This document shows positions 17,331-32,248 of a stretch of DNA of 64,000 nucleotides, in pieces. The stretch lies in NCBI RefSeq assembly GCF_009914755.1, contig NC_060930.1; one strand, 5' to 3'. The notes beneath the pieces are model-generated. The model was not told where the DNA came from. It ran no database searches and saw nothing but the letters and a program-made list of their open reading frames with translations. Position 1 is the first letter of the stretch, and each line of letters starts with the position of its first letter. Source of the stretch: the human T2T-CHM13v2.0 reference genome, Homo sapiens. The position numbers and the translations under genes were made by a program.

Positions 17331-18289
17331 GTCTGGACAAGCCTAAAATCAGTAATATTTGGGGAATATGCAAATAGTCTTTGCTTTATTTACTCAATTA
17401 TTGAAACTATATTCAAAAATAGGAAGTAAAACATGATTTAATATTATTTAGTAAGTTAAACATGTTATAATAATTTGGAAATCCATGTATGTTAGTTAAA
17501 TATACATTACTATAAAATGTAAATCAGTGTGGTTTGTAGCAGAGACCTGGATTTTTTATCTTTGTAGTGTACCTACACCATCACAGAAAGGTTTGCCATC
17601 AGTCTCTAGATTAGGTGCAAATTCATTTAATGTGATCCATCCTATTATCTAAAAGGTCATTCTGTTGTTTTCAGCCTTCATCTAAGACACTCTCAGATAC
17701 TATTTCAGGAATTTATGACAGCAAAATGATATAAGGTGACAAAGTAGAAATAGGTGCTATGCTGCTTTACCTATATTGAGTTATTTTCTTCTCTCCAGGA
17801 TCAGATATTAATGATAAATTCTCTAACATCAAAAAATAAAACCTAGGTCATATAAATTTTACACAATCAATGTCAGTCACTCAGCAACCATTGAGAATCT
17901 ACTATGTTTAGAATGGAACACCTGACTTATAGAAAAAAAGGTAAAAGATTGGTTTTGTAAAATGACACATACAATTTAAGAAAAAATAGGCTATCTATAT
18001 TAGATAGTTAAAAGAAGATTTTAAAATACGATAAGAAGAGAGGGGAGAAATGGCTAGATTAATTTGAGGATTACCTAGTGTTAAAATAAGTCCAGATTTA
18101 AATCAAGTTTATTAATTCTGAAAAAGATCACATCCTAAAGAAGGCATCAAATTGACCCATAAATGTGGATAAAACTTCTGTAAGATAATGAAAGCCCTAG
18201 AGAGTAATGTTCAACTCCATTTTCTAATTGGCAACAAATGTATAATATGGGTACACCAGAATATCTAACTCAAAAAGTGGGGAAAAAAA

Positions 18290-18955
18290 CTCAAAAAGTA
18301 CGAAATGTTGGCAAAAATGCAGACAGCTAGGACACTCATACCAGCTGGTAAGTGTAAAAACTAGTACTGCACCAAGCACTTTAGAAAACTTAACGGCAGT
18401 TATGTAGTAATGGTGATCATATGCATACTCTATGATAGCAATTTCACTGTTAGATATATAACTAACAGAAATTTGCACATATGTGTCAGAAGACGTACAT
18501 AAGAATGTTAGTAACAGCCCTGTTTACAATAGCCCTGAATTAGAATGAACCAAAATTTCCATCAATTGTAGAGTATTTCAATGATAATATAATCACACAC
18601 TGGAATGAAAATGATGGAACTACTACTAAACATACAACCTGGATCTTACAAACATAATCATAAGTGAAAGAAATTAGACACAAAATAACACATAAATGTT
18701 GATTCCACATAGATAAAGTTAAAAACAGATAACAATTAATCTATGGTGTTACAAATCAGTATACGGATTTCCTTTTGTTGGCAGGGGGGATGTTGTTGGA
18801 GAGGAAATAGGAAGAGAGCTTCTGGGGTGCCGGTCATATTGTACTTCTCAGTCTGAATAGTAGTTACAAGGGTATGTACACTCTGCTGTAATTTGTCCAG
18901 TGATACATGATGGTTTGTACATTTTTATACATGTGTGATAATTCAATAAAAATAT
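18290..18955 (+). mobile_element. L1ME-like 3' fragment
   Basis: Highly diverged L1 ORF2 end/3' UTR ending in ttcaataaaa. Confidence 0.65.
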
Positions 18956-19039
18956 CTGAAAAGCTACAACAGCAGTGGCAACAACAAAGCCCATTAACCA
19001 CAAGAAATAATCATGTAAATTGTTTTCTTCAAATAAATG

Positions 19040-20250
19040 TGTTGTAAATAACTTCTCTCACTCTTTGGCATATATTTTTGTCCTCTTTTGATATACCCTA
19101 ATTTTAGGTTTGTTTAATTTTTCAAACATGTCCTTTATGTTTAATACATTTGAGGAAATCTGCTTAAGAAATGCTTATCTACTCCAACATCTTATCAATG
19201 GGAATTTTATTTTTTTAACTGTCAAATTTAGATCTATAAGTAACCTGGAATTTATGTTTGTATATGATGTGATGTAGAAATCAAATTTTTATTTTTTCTA
19301 TGTAGATATCAATTTATTCAGTATCATTTGTAGAAAAGATACTTCTTTGATAATGCAGTACATGGCACTTTTGTCATATGTCAAGAGTCCTTATATACGT
19401 AGGTGTGGATCTCAACTATTTTTGTTTGTTTTGTTTTTGTTTTGGATCTCAATTTTTATTCTATTCCCTTGATCTACATTTATATCCTTGTACCAGTACT
19501 ATACTGTTTTGTTTACTGACACTTTGTATTAATATTTGATAGCTAATGTAAATCCTTCAAATTTGTTTTTCCATAATATAATACTGACTAATTTTGGCCC
19601 ATTATATTTTTATATAAATTTTGAAATCAGCTTGCCAGTCTTTACCAAAGGAAAGCTAGCATTTTAATTTGGAATGCATTGAATCCATATATCAATTTTA
19701 GAGAAAACTCACAGCCTTACAATACTTATTCTTCGATTCCATGAGTAGGGTATATCCCCCTATCCATTTAGGTTATTTTTCATATTCCTCATATTTTACA
19801 GTGCAGAAATCATGTGTTTCTCATTATTTTTTTCCTAGATGTTGAACATTTATTATTCTATTGTCAATAGTATCATCTATTTAAATTGCATTTTCTAGTT
19901 GTTTTTATTTAATAGAAACATAATTGATTTTGCATATATACATTATATTTTATATATCAATTTCATGTGCTCTTATGTTACATATTGTTTTATATTCAGC
20001 AAGTGTTACTAAGGTATTTATTAAGATTAGTAGTTTATCTGGAGATTCTTTCACACTTAATAAGTATGCCCTCTGTGGATAATGATAGGTTTTATTTAAT
20101 CCTTTCCAAACTTCATTATTTTATTTATTTTTATTGCTTTATTACCCTTGCTCCAGCACAATGCTAAATAGAAATTACCATAAAAGACTTTGTGCACTTA
20201 CTCCTGATCACTGAGGGAAAGACTATTTATGTGAATTAGTATTTGTAGAT
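19040..20250 (-). mobile_element. Old L1M(E) ORF2 fragment, antisense
   Basis: T-rich with motifs ataaattttgaaatcagcttgcc, gaatgcattgaatccatatatcaattt. Confidence 0.7.
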
Positions 20251-21559
20251 ATTAACTTTTGAGAATTTAGCTGTCAATCCCAATATGACAACTTGGAGGT
20301 GATGCATTTTTTTCTTCCTGCTTTAAGATTTTTCCTTTCGTCACTGGTTTTTCAGCAGTTTTATGATAATATAAGTGGGTGTGATTTTCTCTTATATTTA
20401 TCCTGGTTGAAATTTATAGCACTTCTTATATCTACAAATATATACCTTTAATTCGTTTTGAAAAATTCTTAGATAATGTATTTGCCTTGCCAATATCTTT
20501 TTAAAGATTGCTTTTGTCTCATGCTACTTCTATACACACATATTGAGAATCCAATCACAGGTATAATAGAATTTTCACCATGTGTTATGCACACTCTTCT
20601 GCATTTTCCTTTTTTCCTCTCTGTTCTTTAGCTTGGATATTTTCTATTAGTTTGTATAATCCTATTAGATGGTTTTATCTAATCTTTCTTTCTGTTAAAT
20701 CTCTTTGTTGTGTTTCCAGTTCACATATTTTTAAGTTCTATAATTTCCTTGGACTATTTTTCTATTTTTTATATTCTTTATAATATATCTACTTTCTTGA
20801 CATTATTAATTCAATCATTTTAAAATTTCTGAAATATTTTATGAAAAATTGTAGAAATTATTTTATGTTCTAGATAATATTATCTTCTTTCACAGAGAAT
20901 TTGCTTTTGCTTTGGCCAGCAGCTAGTGTTGGGACAGAAAACCACTATCCCGTCAGTCACTGGAGGCTTTGGAAGCTGGGCTTCATTCTTTAGGAGAGCT
21001 TGTCTACTTCAGATTTATCCCTATCAGAGTTCATAACTTGGAGTTACAGCTGAAAGCCAGGGTTGTTTACCTACTTGATAGGCCTTGAACTCCAATTATC
21101 ATCTTATTTTTGGTTAGGTACTAAATTTCCGGCTCAGCATCTCATATTATCAGCTTTGTTCTCTGTTTCTCTTCTCCTGTTCTTAGCTAGAGTTTGCAAA
21201 TTGCCAAAAACTTTGAGAAGAAAAGAGGCTAAATGCCAGAGCATCTCCCTCTTGCATTTTCTCCAGGATATTGGCCTTTGATGTCCCTTCTGCCTTAGTA
21301 GCTTTCCAATGTCTTAAAGAAATGTGTAACACTTCTGGTTGTTTTAGGTGGGAAGTTTGTTCTGCAGTAAGCTTATCTGCCGTTACCAGAAATAGAAACT
21401 ATTTTGTAATAGTAAAACAAATGTATACTTTCGTACTACAATATTTAGTACTTCAGAGAACAATTGGCACTTTCTGGATATTCTCAACCAGGAGTATGTG
21501 GTTGAAACTGCACAGTTTTCTGGAGATGATTTAGGTTCTTCCCTTCTTACTCTAATTCT

Positions 21560-22150
21560 GTCACTGGTTGATCTTATCCACTCCACAAGCTTTAATCACA
21601 ATTTCTATTCTGATGAATCCCAAATATTTACATGTAAAGAAATTATATCCCCTGGAGTATAGAACCATAAATCTAAATGCCAACTGGGTATTGACACTAG
21701 GATAACTCACAGGTGCTTCAAAATTACATATACAAAGTTGAATTTCTCATCTTCTATCTACTCTTACAAAGCTACCTCATTATCCTTTATCCCCTAGCTC
21801 AGTGAGCATCCCCAGCTGTCAAGCAATATACCTGCTAATCATCCTCAGTTCTTCTTACTCTCTCATCCTCATATCTAATCCCTCACTAAGGCCTGATATT
21901 TCAACCTCGTTATTATTTTTGGCATTCACCTTTTTCCATTTTTTGGTTACCAACTTGCTTTCTTGGAATTTTAAAACTGTCAGTATTAATCTCTCTGCTT
22001 GCAACATAAAGACATATATTTTCCACATATTCCGCCTAAGTAATCTTTGAAAAATAGTAGTAAGATATTGCCATTCTGTTGCTTAAAATCTGTCAGTAAT
22101 TTTGTAATTTTCCAATTCTCCATAGTCTGTAGGACAATATCCAAATGTTT
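21560..22150 (+). mobile_element. L2 fragment(s)
   Basis: gatcttatccactccacaagctttaatcacaatttctattctgatgaatcccaaat resembles the L2 ORF2 consensus. Confidence 0.55.
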
Positions 22151-22159
22151 TAACTGAAT

Positions 22160-22196
22160 ACACACACACAGAAACACACACACACGCTCACACACA
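22160..22196. repeat. Interrupted (CA)n
   Basis: Direct read. Confidence 0.85.
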
Positions 22197-23325
22197 TTTT
22201 ATGATTCATACTTTGAGTTTAATTGAAAGATAGAACATCTATAAGATGAAAACAGTTGTAGTCAGAGATTCTGGTATGCAAAGTAGGAGAGAGAGCCAAG
22301 AACTAGAGGTATAACTTTGAATTATAATATTGGGTTGGTCTTCTATAGATGAGACATAAAGTTGTGAGAGTCAATAAGAACAACTAAAGAAAGATAATGA
22401 AAGAACAAAAGACAAGTGGATTAAAGACAGATATGCGGTGAAAGAGAAAAGCATTTCTACAGAAAAGACCCCCAAAATAAGTTCATTGCAGGTAGTAAGA
22501 TGAACAGAAGTCAAATGTCTTGGGGAGGATCGGATTGGTTGCTTGTGTATGTTAATTAATGCAAAAGGGTCAAAGAGAAGGACTGACTTTATGGCCCTGT
22601 AGAACTCTGAGAACAGGGTCAAAATCCAGATGCATTTCTAAGACATCACACTGGGAACGGGGACTTGTAATGAGTTATCTACAAAGTGTAAAAAGATGTG
22701 GGTGACCAAAAGGTTGTCATTTCCTCCAAAACAAATTTTCCTGGAGTGAAACTGTAACTACCAGGTATAGTCATTAATAGAACTGCAGACACTAAGACTA
22801 TGGAACCTTCCGTCTTCCTAACCTTCTCCTCAGGCCAGCCTTAAAGGCCTGTGAAGATCTATTAATAACACTGCTGTTTTGTTCTCTGGCAGCTCTTGGT
22901 GCCAGAAGGCTTGGTGCCAATTTGTGGTTGAGCCCCTCCTTGGGAGAAATCATGCCATTCAGAGACAGCTGATAAGTCAAGCCTATTTTCCCACTTTCTT
23001 CACTGTATTTTTCCTGTCTGAAGAACTTGTTTATGGATTTGATTTCTGTAGAGATAATAATCACAGGATTCAGTGGTATAGCATTCCTCTATGCATTTTC
23101 TCCCTGCACATTTGTGTGTGTGAAGATACTCTTTCTAAATCCCTTTCAAGACAAATTATTAATTGTGATATATTAATTATTCTCCACTGTACCTAACGGT
23201 TATCAACACTACAGAGGCACCATTGGTTGACAAAAGTGAGAGCTTTTCTCAACATTAACATAATGAGCAAGTGGCAATGAGAAAATATTTGTCCAATTAG
23301 AGACTTTTATATTTTCTTTTCTTGA

Positions 23326-23999
<674 letters not shown>

Positions 24000-24562
24000 T
24001 TTTATTCATATTCATATTAGATAACCATTTGGGTGGCACATTTCACAACACAGATGCACTTCTTAAGAGTCCTCCATCCGTCAGCGTTGTAAAAAAGGAA
24101 GTGGCACGTTTGCATGTAGTTCTTCTGAGACGGAGATTTAGGGACAACTTTGCCAAGGTGTGTAGGTGGAGAATGGGAGATTGAGACAGGCATATTGGCT
24201 CAGGAAGACAAGGGAGTAAAACTAGCAATAGAAAGGAGGGCCAATGCCGTAACAGTGTGATGGAGTGAAAACAAGAAAAAGGAAAATGCCTCAGGATTTG
24301 GTGGAGAGTTTGTTTTACCTTTTTAAGATAATACTCCTGGTCAGCTTCCCAGGTTCTTAAGTCTGGATACTGTAATGATTTTGGATGACTGCATTCCATG
24401 ACCTGTTTCAAGGTAGGTTTTTTGAAAATAGGAGTTAAATATAGGCTTTCTTCCCTATGTATTCAGTTGCGTTTTTTTCTTTTTCATTTAGAAATGTTGT
24501 TTTATTTCACGTTCTCTTATTTATATTTAATTGAGATGGTGTTGGCCATTTTATCCTTCTTT

Positions 24563-24866
24563 TTTTTTGTTTTCTTTTCTTTTTTTATTTTATTATTATT
24601 ATACTTTAAGTTTTATAGTACATGTGCACAATGTGCAGGTTAGTTACATATGTATACATGTGCCATGCTGGTGTGCTGCACCCATTAACTCGTCATTTAG
24701 CATTATGTATATCTCCCAATGCTATCCCTCCCCCTCCCCCCACCCCACAACAGTCCCCAGAGTGTGATGTTCCCCTTCCTGTGTCCATGTGTTCTCATTG
24801 TTCAATTCCCACCTATGAGTGAGAATATGCGGTGTTTGGTTTTTTGTTCTTGCGATAGTTTACTGA
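24563..24866 (-). mobile_element. Young 5'-truncated L1 3' end (L1PA3-like)
   Basis: Minus strand reads GCTAAATGACGAGTTAATGGGTGCAGCACACC (GAG, not the L1HS-Ta ACA). Perfect 16-bp TSD cattttatccttcttt at 24547-24562 and 24867-24882; TT/AAAG endonuclease site. Confidence 0.93.
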
Positions 24867-25451
24867 CATTTTATCCTTCTTTAAACATTATTTTCTATCT
24901 AGAAAATCCAACTTCAAATAAATATACTCAGTTCTACATTATAAAAAGTATTACAATGAATTTAATGCTTAAAACTCATTCCGGAAGTGACGATGGAAGC
25001 AGGTTCAAATGCTTTCACTGACACTTTGTGGCAAAGTGTGGAACTACAGTATATTTTTCCAAGTTGTTTCCTGATATATTTTTTATGTACATAACAATCA
25101 ATAAATTGTTATGCTATTTATTTATGTACTTATATGTAAATTAAACAACCAAGAAATCGCAAAGTGTTTTATTAAGATGATATCTAAACTGAAATATCAC
25201 AACTTACTACAAATAATACTTTGTTTCAAAAATAATTTGAATTGCATATAAAAATCACAGTTGCTGTGATTAACATTGCATTGATATATTGGAACTAAGG
25301 TTTTTGGAAAAATTGTGTTTTCTTTCAATCTTTTAAAAAATACCATATTTATAAAATGAGTCATTAAGATTATCCCTAGGCATTTTCATTCTGTATTGAA
25401 GGTTTTTGAGGGACATCATTATTAGTTCAAAGTGTGTTTCACATTTTGTAG

Positions 25452-26090
<639 letters not shown>

Positions 26091-27860
26091 ACCTTATTTT
26101 AATATAATCAAAACTAAATAAATAAGCAAATTCTTAAAATAAAATTGATATATTTAGTACAGATCCTTTTGAGACACTCAGTGGTCCACTAATTATGTAC
26201 CATATCCAATCACATCACAATATCATAAATTTTATAGTCAATTATTAGTTGGCATTTCAAGGCCCAAGTATATGTTTAATAAGAGACACAATCTTACATA
26301 TGCAGTTTACATGTTTTTAATCTAGTCTTAGCACCAGCATATCACCTTAGTTTACATTTGTCTAAGTGCAAGTATTGGTTTTGGAATGTAATTTTGCTCA
26401 TATACAATCTGTAAGATACTAAAACAAAAGCTAGTTTATTATAAGTGAAATAATGGCAAAGGCCATTTTAAAAATATTGTATTATTTTCCCATTTGAAAA
26501 TCAGTTTAGTCTTTAGCCCACAAAATAACAGGAAAATAACTTAAATCATAAAAACTATATCTGAATATTATTTAACATATTTTATAAAGATATCCTTCTT
26601 TGGATCATGGCTGCAGATGTTTTCATGCAGCTTGAGCCACTTTCCATGTCTTACGGAGAATGTGCAGGAGCTATATATCATCAGATTCTTTCAGAGAAAG
26701 AACCGGTAAGACAAATGACAGTCTGAAAGATAAAGGAAAAAAATAATTGATATCTTCTTGGCACCTCTGCATTTCAAAAATACTATTTCAATAAAGTCCA
26801 TGTTAGAGGTGGAATTCAAGAATTCACTGAATCTGCATTCTTGCCTTCTGCTATCCTCTTTTGCCCTCATTTGCTCAATTATTCCTCACTCCTGGTTAAT
26901 GAAGGCAGGCTTTTAAATACAGACTAACCATAAATTGACTTTAATATTGGTGTTTAATGGTTATTCACAGAACTGATTTAAAATGTGGTATCAAGTTCAG
27001 GTCCTGGGATTTACCAAAGTTCATCAGAGGACACAGTACATGGCGAATTGAGAACCATAGCCTACTTTATGTCTAAGAGAATATTGACAAACAGCTAAGT
27101 TCTCTGTGAGCTCTCAGATTTCACTCAAAAGAAATGAAGAAAGTAAATTCTCTGTTTAGACTTTGTGCCTTTTTTCTCCTTTTAAAGAATTTGCTCATCG
27201 GAAAATATACCATACCAATGGCAGCAACATACTATAAGTTTATGAGCAAATCAATTCCATCCATAGTTACTGCAGAATGTATTATAGGCAGTATTTTTGT
27301 TGGGAGAAAAGCAGCAGAAACTTAGCAAAGTAAGGGAAAGAGAAAAAGCAGCTTATAATGATAAAGAGCCTTTGTGCCCGTAGAGAGATAAGAAAAAATA
27401 CAAAAGAAATCCATAATGATCCACAATAATTTTAGAATGCAATTTATGGCCATGAAGGGTACAACATGTGATTGGGTATCAAAGAAGAAAGAAGTCATGT
27501 TAATTTAGGCTAATTAAAAGATATTTTGTGAAGCAGAAAGTTTTTTATTTTGTTGGTTGACCAGTTGATTTTGGACAGTTTTGGATACTATTTAATTGGT
27601 TAAAAAGCTATTGAAATGGAGTATCAACCATTTCCAGACAGAGGAATGGCATGAGTGATGGTCTGGGCACGGAATATGTTTGACACACAGTGAAATATCA
27701 GATTCACTCTGATGCTCTGTGTATTTTACGGGAAACATTATAAGGGATAAAGGGCAAAAATTCAACAGAAACCCAGTTACTATTGGCCATCTGAGAATTT
27801 TGTACTGTCCAGGAGAAAAGAGAGCTCTCATTGAAATGGAAGAGTTAATACAACAAGACA

Positions 27861-28002
27861 TTGTGCTTGTCTGTACTCCTATATATTTTATCCATTAAAG
27901 GAATTAATGGATTTTATCCATTTTATGACATTTATTATTTTATGACACTTATCCATTAATGACATTAATGGATAAAACATATAGGAGTACAGACAGGCAC
28001 AA
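27861..28002. repeat. 38-bp inverted repeat with nested palindromes
   Basis: 27861-27898 matches the reverse complement of 27965-28002 at 36/38 positions. Confidence 0.95.
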
Positions 28003-28369
28003 CGCATGGGGAAACTATTAGGAGGTCACTGCAATACTCTAGCTAATGGTTACAACAATCTGACATTGGGTATTTGCAATAGGAATAGAAAGAATATAAT
28101 AGAGGAAAGAGATATTTTGGAGATTTCAAGCATAATTAATGGGAGAAAATGGAAGCTTATACTTCAGAGAAGCACAAAGTCCAGTGATAAGTTTAAGTTG
28201 TATAAATTTAGTGTGCTCTCAGGAGAAGGTGATGTTTACTTTGTACTTTTACAACCTTGCACGGGTGAGTGGGTTACTGAATAAACAAATAAATGTTTGT
28301 GTAACACAAATTTAGAGAATGTGCAGTTGTAGATATATATGTAGTTCTGAATAGTCCATTTAAAGACAG

Positions 28370-28763
28370 ATACTAGGTTTTCTTCCAGGGTTTCTAGAGT
28401 TTCGGGTCTTACATTTAAGTCTTTAATCCATCTTCAGTTGCTATTTGTATATGGTGAGAGATATGGGTTTAGTTTTGTTCTTCCGCATATGGCTAATCCA
28501 ATTTTCCCAGCACCATTTATTGAGTAAGGCGTCCTTCCCCAGTGTCTCTTTTTGTTGAGTTTGTTGAAGATAAATTGCCTGTAGGTATGTGGTTTTATTT
28601 CTGGGTTTTCTATTATGTTCTATTGATCTATATGTCTATTTTTATACTATTAATAGTATCATGCTGTTTGGGTTACTATAGGCTTATAGCATAATTTGAA
28701 GTCAGTTAATACGATACCCACAGCTTTGTTCATTTTGCTTAAGATTCATTTGACTATTTGGGC
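28370..28763 (-). mobile_element. L1PB/L1MA internal ORF2 fragment
   Basis: ggtcttacatttaagtctttaatccatct...ttttcccagcaccatttattga. Confidence 0.85.
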
Positions 28764-28973
28764 ATAGCCACAGTCTTTAAATATTTGAATGGACATAATG
28801 TGAAAACCACACTTAAGATATGTTTAAACGGCACAGTAATATTATCTAACACAAACTCAAAATTCAAATGTATCCAGTTGTCCCAATAGCTTTCTTTATA
28901 AATATCTTTTTTTCTTTTTATTTCTTCTTAGGATTGAAAGGTAAATATCCTAGCATCTACACAAGGGAACCGA

Positions 28974-29077
28974 TGTGTGTGTGTATATATATATATATGT
29001 ATATATATATACACACACACACACATAGGAATACATACATGTATATATACCAGTATACACATAGAATACATAGGAAG

Positions 29078-29116
<39 letters not shown>
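28974..29116. repeat. Compound (TG)/(TA)/(CA) microsatellite ending in perfect (TA)17 at 29082-29115
   Basis: Direct read. Confidence 0.92.
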
Positions 29117-29118
<2 letters not shown>

Positions 29119-29433
29119 TCCCCAAAAGTGTGCCTTGGCTTTTAAAAAAGCTTACAAGATCTCAAACTGTCTTAATAGACTGACAGTAACCAAATCAATC
29201 ATCCTTCTCATTGTTGCTCTGAGTAGATTGCACCTGGAGAAATGATTGCAGGTATGGATAGCTCACTTAGAGCTATTACTGATAATCTGAAGTGTGTTCA
29301 GAATAAAATAACCAGGGTGATGGGGAATGAAAAGCCCATAAGTTTCACATGATGGATTCTGATTATCTTTAGGCTGGAGAAGCATAGGCTAGGGAAGTGG
29401 GCATAGCTGTTGTTGTTAAATACTTGAATGAAT

Positions 29434-29892
29434 GCCTTTTTGATTTGAATTGTGTTTCTCCAAAAATATATGATTAAGTCCTAATGATCATTACTCAGAA
29501 TGTGACCTTATTTGGAAATGGGGTCATTGCAGATGTAATTTGATATGGTAAAGTCATATTGCAGTAGGGTGGGCCTTTAATCCAATATGACTGGGATCCT
29601 TATGAGATGATGGCCATGTGAAGATAGAAACACAGTAGAATGTCATGCACTGACAAAGGCAGAAATTGGAGTTATACTGCACAAGCTAAAGAGCACCAAA
29701 GATTGCCTGAAAACCACAAGAAAATAGGAAGAGACTAAGAAGAACTTTACTACAGCTTTCAGAGACAGGACAGCCCTGCTGACACCTTGATTTGAGAGTT
29801 CTAGCTCCAGAACTGTGAGACAATAAGTTTGTATTGTTTTAAGACACCAGGCTTATGGTACTTTTTTACAGCAGCCTTAGAAAACAAATACA
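29434..29892 (+). mobile_element. MaLR solo LTR (MLT1C-like)
   Basis: gaatgtgaccttatttggaaatggggtcattgcagatgtaat...ccctgctgacaccttgattt...ccagaactgtgagacaataag...acagcagccttagaaaacaaataca. Confidence 0.88.
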
Positions 29893-30239
29893 ATGTACAT
29901 ATATAGGTAAAGCTTATTCATTCAGTTCCAAGAAATAATTAGGATCTTGTAAGCAGAAACGAAGGGAAAACAGAACATGAACAAGAACTTGCTAGTAATT
30001 AAAGCCACTGCAAAATGAACTCAAGGGCTCCAGCAGGTTTTAAATTACCTGGTATTATAAATGTTCAAGCAGGATGAATCAGAGATGGTGCAGAGGTGAT
30101 TATTCATGCATCAGATGGAAGGTTAGACTGAATAATCTCCAAGTGAAAAAATTATATGATCCTATCTTAAAGCCCTGTCAAATAGAGGTTGGTAGCTTCC
30201 TTTTCATTTTCTGCTTCAATCAAGAGGATATATGGATGA

Positions 30240-30470
30240 TATAGCTTGGTGGATAACACTTAAATTGAAGACCTAGTACTTAGTTTTACTTTTACTTACT
30301 CTAGTACTTAATTTTTCTTAGGTAGGCCCCTTAACTTCTCTCTCCTTATTTTCCCACCTGTTAAACAGAGATATTAATGCTATTCACTTCCTAGTGTTAT
30401 TATGATGAAACTAGTTAATAATTTAAAAAATGCTTAGAACAAGGCACAGCACATAGTAATGACTAAAGAA
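30240..30470 (+). mobile_element. MIR
   Basis: Core cttaacttctctctccttattttcccacctgttaaacagag; 3' end gcacatagtaa. Confidence 0.65.
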
Positions 30471-31534
30471 AGAAGTGCTTTTGAACATATATTTGCTCTA
30501 CTATTGTCTAGATTGTCTAGATATAATGCATTAAGTCTTCCCACCAGTGCCATTGCTCGTGTCCAAAATACAGAGTTAAAAGATTAGAAATAATTGCATG
30601 TTTTCTAAGAGTCCTGCGCATTTTCCTAGATCCAATATTGTACTATTTGGACAATTTATTGACCAAGTACCAGAAATATAATATTTTTGCCAATTTTCTC
30701 ATAACAAACTGTGATAATGTGTATGTCAACTGCTAGGGTGGGTTTGTGTGTGTGTGAATATGTGTGTGTGTGTGTTTCAAGTGTTTATAGAAAATAAATC
30801 ACTCAATGGCATAATTTTCAAATAATAAAGACTACAGTTACCCTGATTAAGGTTCACCTGAGTTTTGGATATTACCACGTGAGAGTTAGAGGACAATGTG
30901 AAGTTTTCAAAATTAAATCCTCTGAAATCCAGGTATCTTGTTAAATTGACATCTGTTGGTAGCTGACAGCCAATTTCAGCTTCAGGAACTAGTAAGAACA
31001 TTTTCCAGCTTATGAAACTATTAATAAATGTTACATAATTGTCCAAAGAAATCCTCATTCAGTGATTCAAATTTAACAAAATTAGGTTTTATTTATTCGC
31101 TATGTAAAGATACTAATCCCTGCATTATTTGGGTGCATGGGTGACAGCTCTGACAGGTTTGTGATGCCCCAGACAAATTCAGTAACTTTCAGTGAAGCAA
31201 ACCCATGAATAGATGTGATGGCAGCGTGTACACCTATATAATTCCAGAGCTAGTGATTATGTAACTTTTATATACGTCAGACCGAAGGAAGACAGAGAAT
31301 GGAGGAACTGGGTGTTCTTTCAGTAAAGAGCAACTGAATGAGACAGTACATCTTTTGAACTGGGGATATACTACAAGGCAATGAGGGAGGCTGGCTATGA
31401 AAGTATTGAAAAATATGTTTGATTGCTGGGTGATGTTTAGAGGCCCTAAGGTAATAGAAAGGAGACAAAATTGAGAGTCTGGAACTTATATGTACTTTAT
31501 TACAGTACTCTCATTTTCACCAAAGAAGGCAACC

Positions 31535-31780
31535 CATGTGGTGAAAAGACCACAAGCATTGGAGCTAAAGCCAAGTTATAGCTGTAGTTTTATATTTTGT
31601 GAGCCCATATGTCCTCAGACAAGTTTTGTGAGTTAATTTCCTTTGTCTCAGCTTCCTCTTTTATAAAATGTGGGTGATATCATTGTCCCTTAAGATTGTT
31701 GTCAGCATTAAACAACATAAGTATATGAACCATCTAGCTCGGTATTTGGCAATGGTAGGAGCTGAATAATTGTTAGCTCT
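31535..31780 (+). mobile_element. MIR
   Basis: Core tctcagcttcctcttttataaaatgtggg...aataattgttagct. Confidence 0.65.
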
Positions 31781-32248
31781 TACCTTAAAAAATTATTTGT
31801 TAAAAGTTCCAAATGCAGGGTTCAGGAGAAGATATGGGTCAAGGTCATGGATGAGGCAAACACTACAATTCAATAAAAATTGTTAGTTCTTAATTTATCT
31901 TAACTCAGCAACCGTTTCTTGAGACTCTACTACATATTGAGTACTGAGGGAATAGAAAGATGAATCAAAGACCATTTTAAAACATCTGGCATTTGCAATT
32001 CAAAATCAAGTAAAAATAAATACAGCCTTATGATTTATTGAGAAATGTCATGCAAGGTAAATGAACTGATTTTAAGCATGTACTTAGCATTCACACAGAT
32101 TGACAGATTCAGTGAAAACACGGCACAGCCTTCAATTATTTTTCTTTTTAAATACATATTTGTGGACTTTATAGAAATACTGACAGTGTTTCCTCACCAA
32201 TACCTATTTTCTTTGTTGAGTGCCTATTCCTTTTTCTTTTCAAATTAG

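Noticed and set aside
22885-22980. Repeated CTTGGTGCCA (NFI-like) and CAGCTGATAAG (E-box/GATA) motifs
   Set aside because: Short imperfect motifs expected by chance in 64 kb; no supporting context visible.
28868-29245. 125-aa ORF with YI/HT repeats (also 57739-58011)
   Set aside because: Translation of microsatellite/minisatellite sequence.
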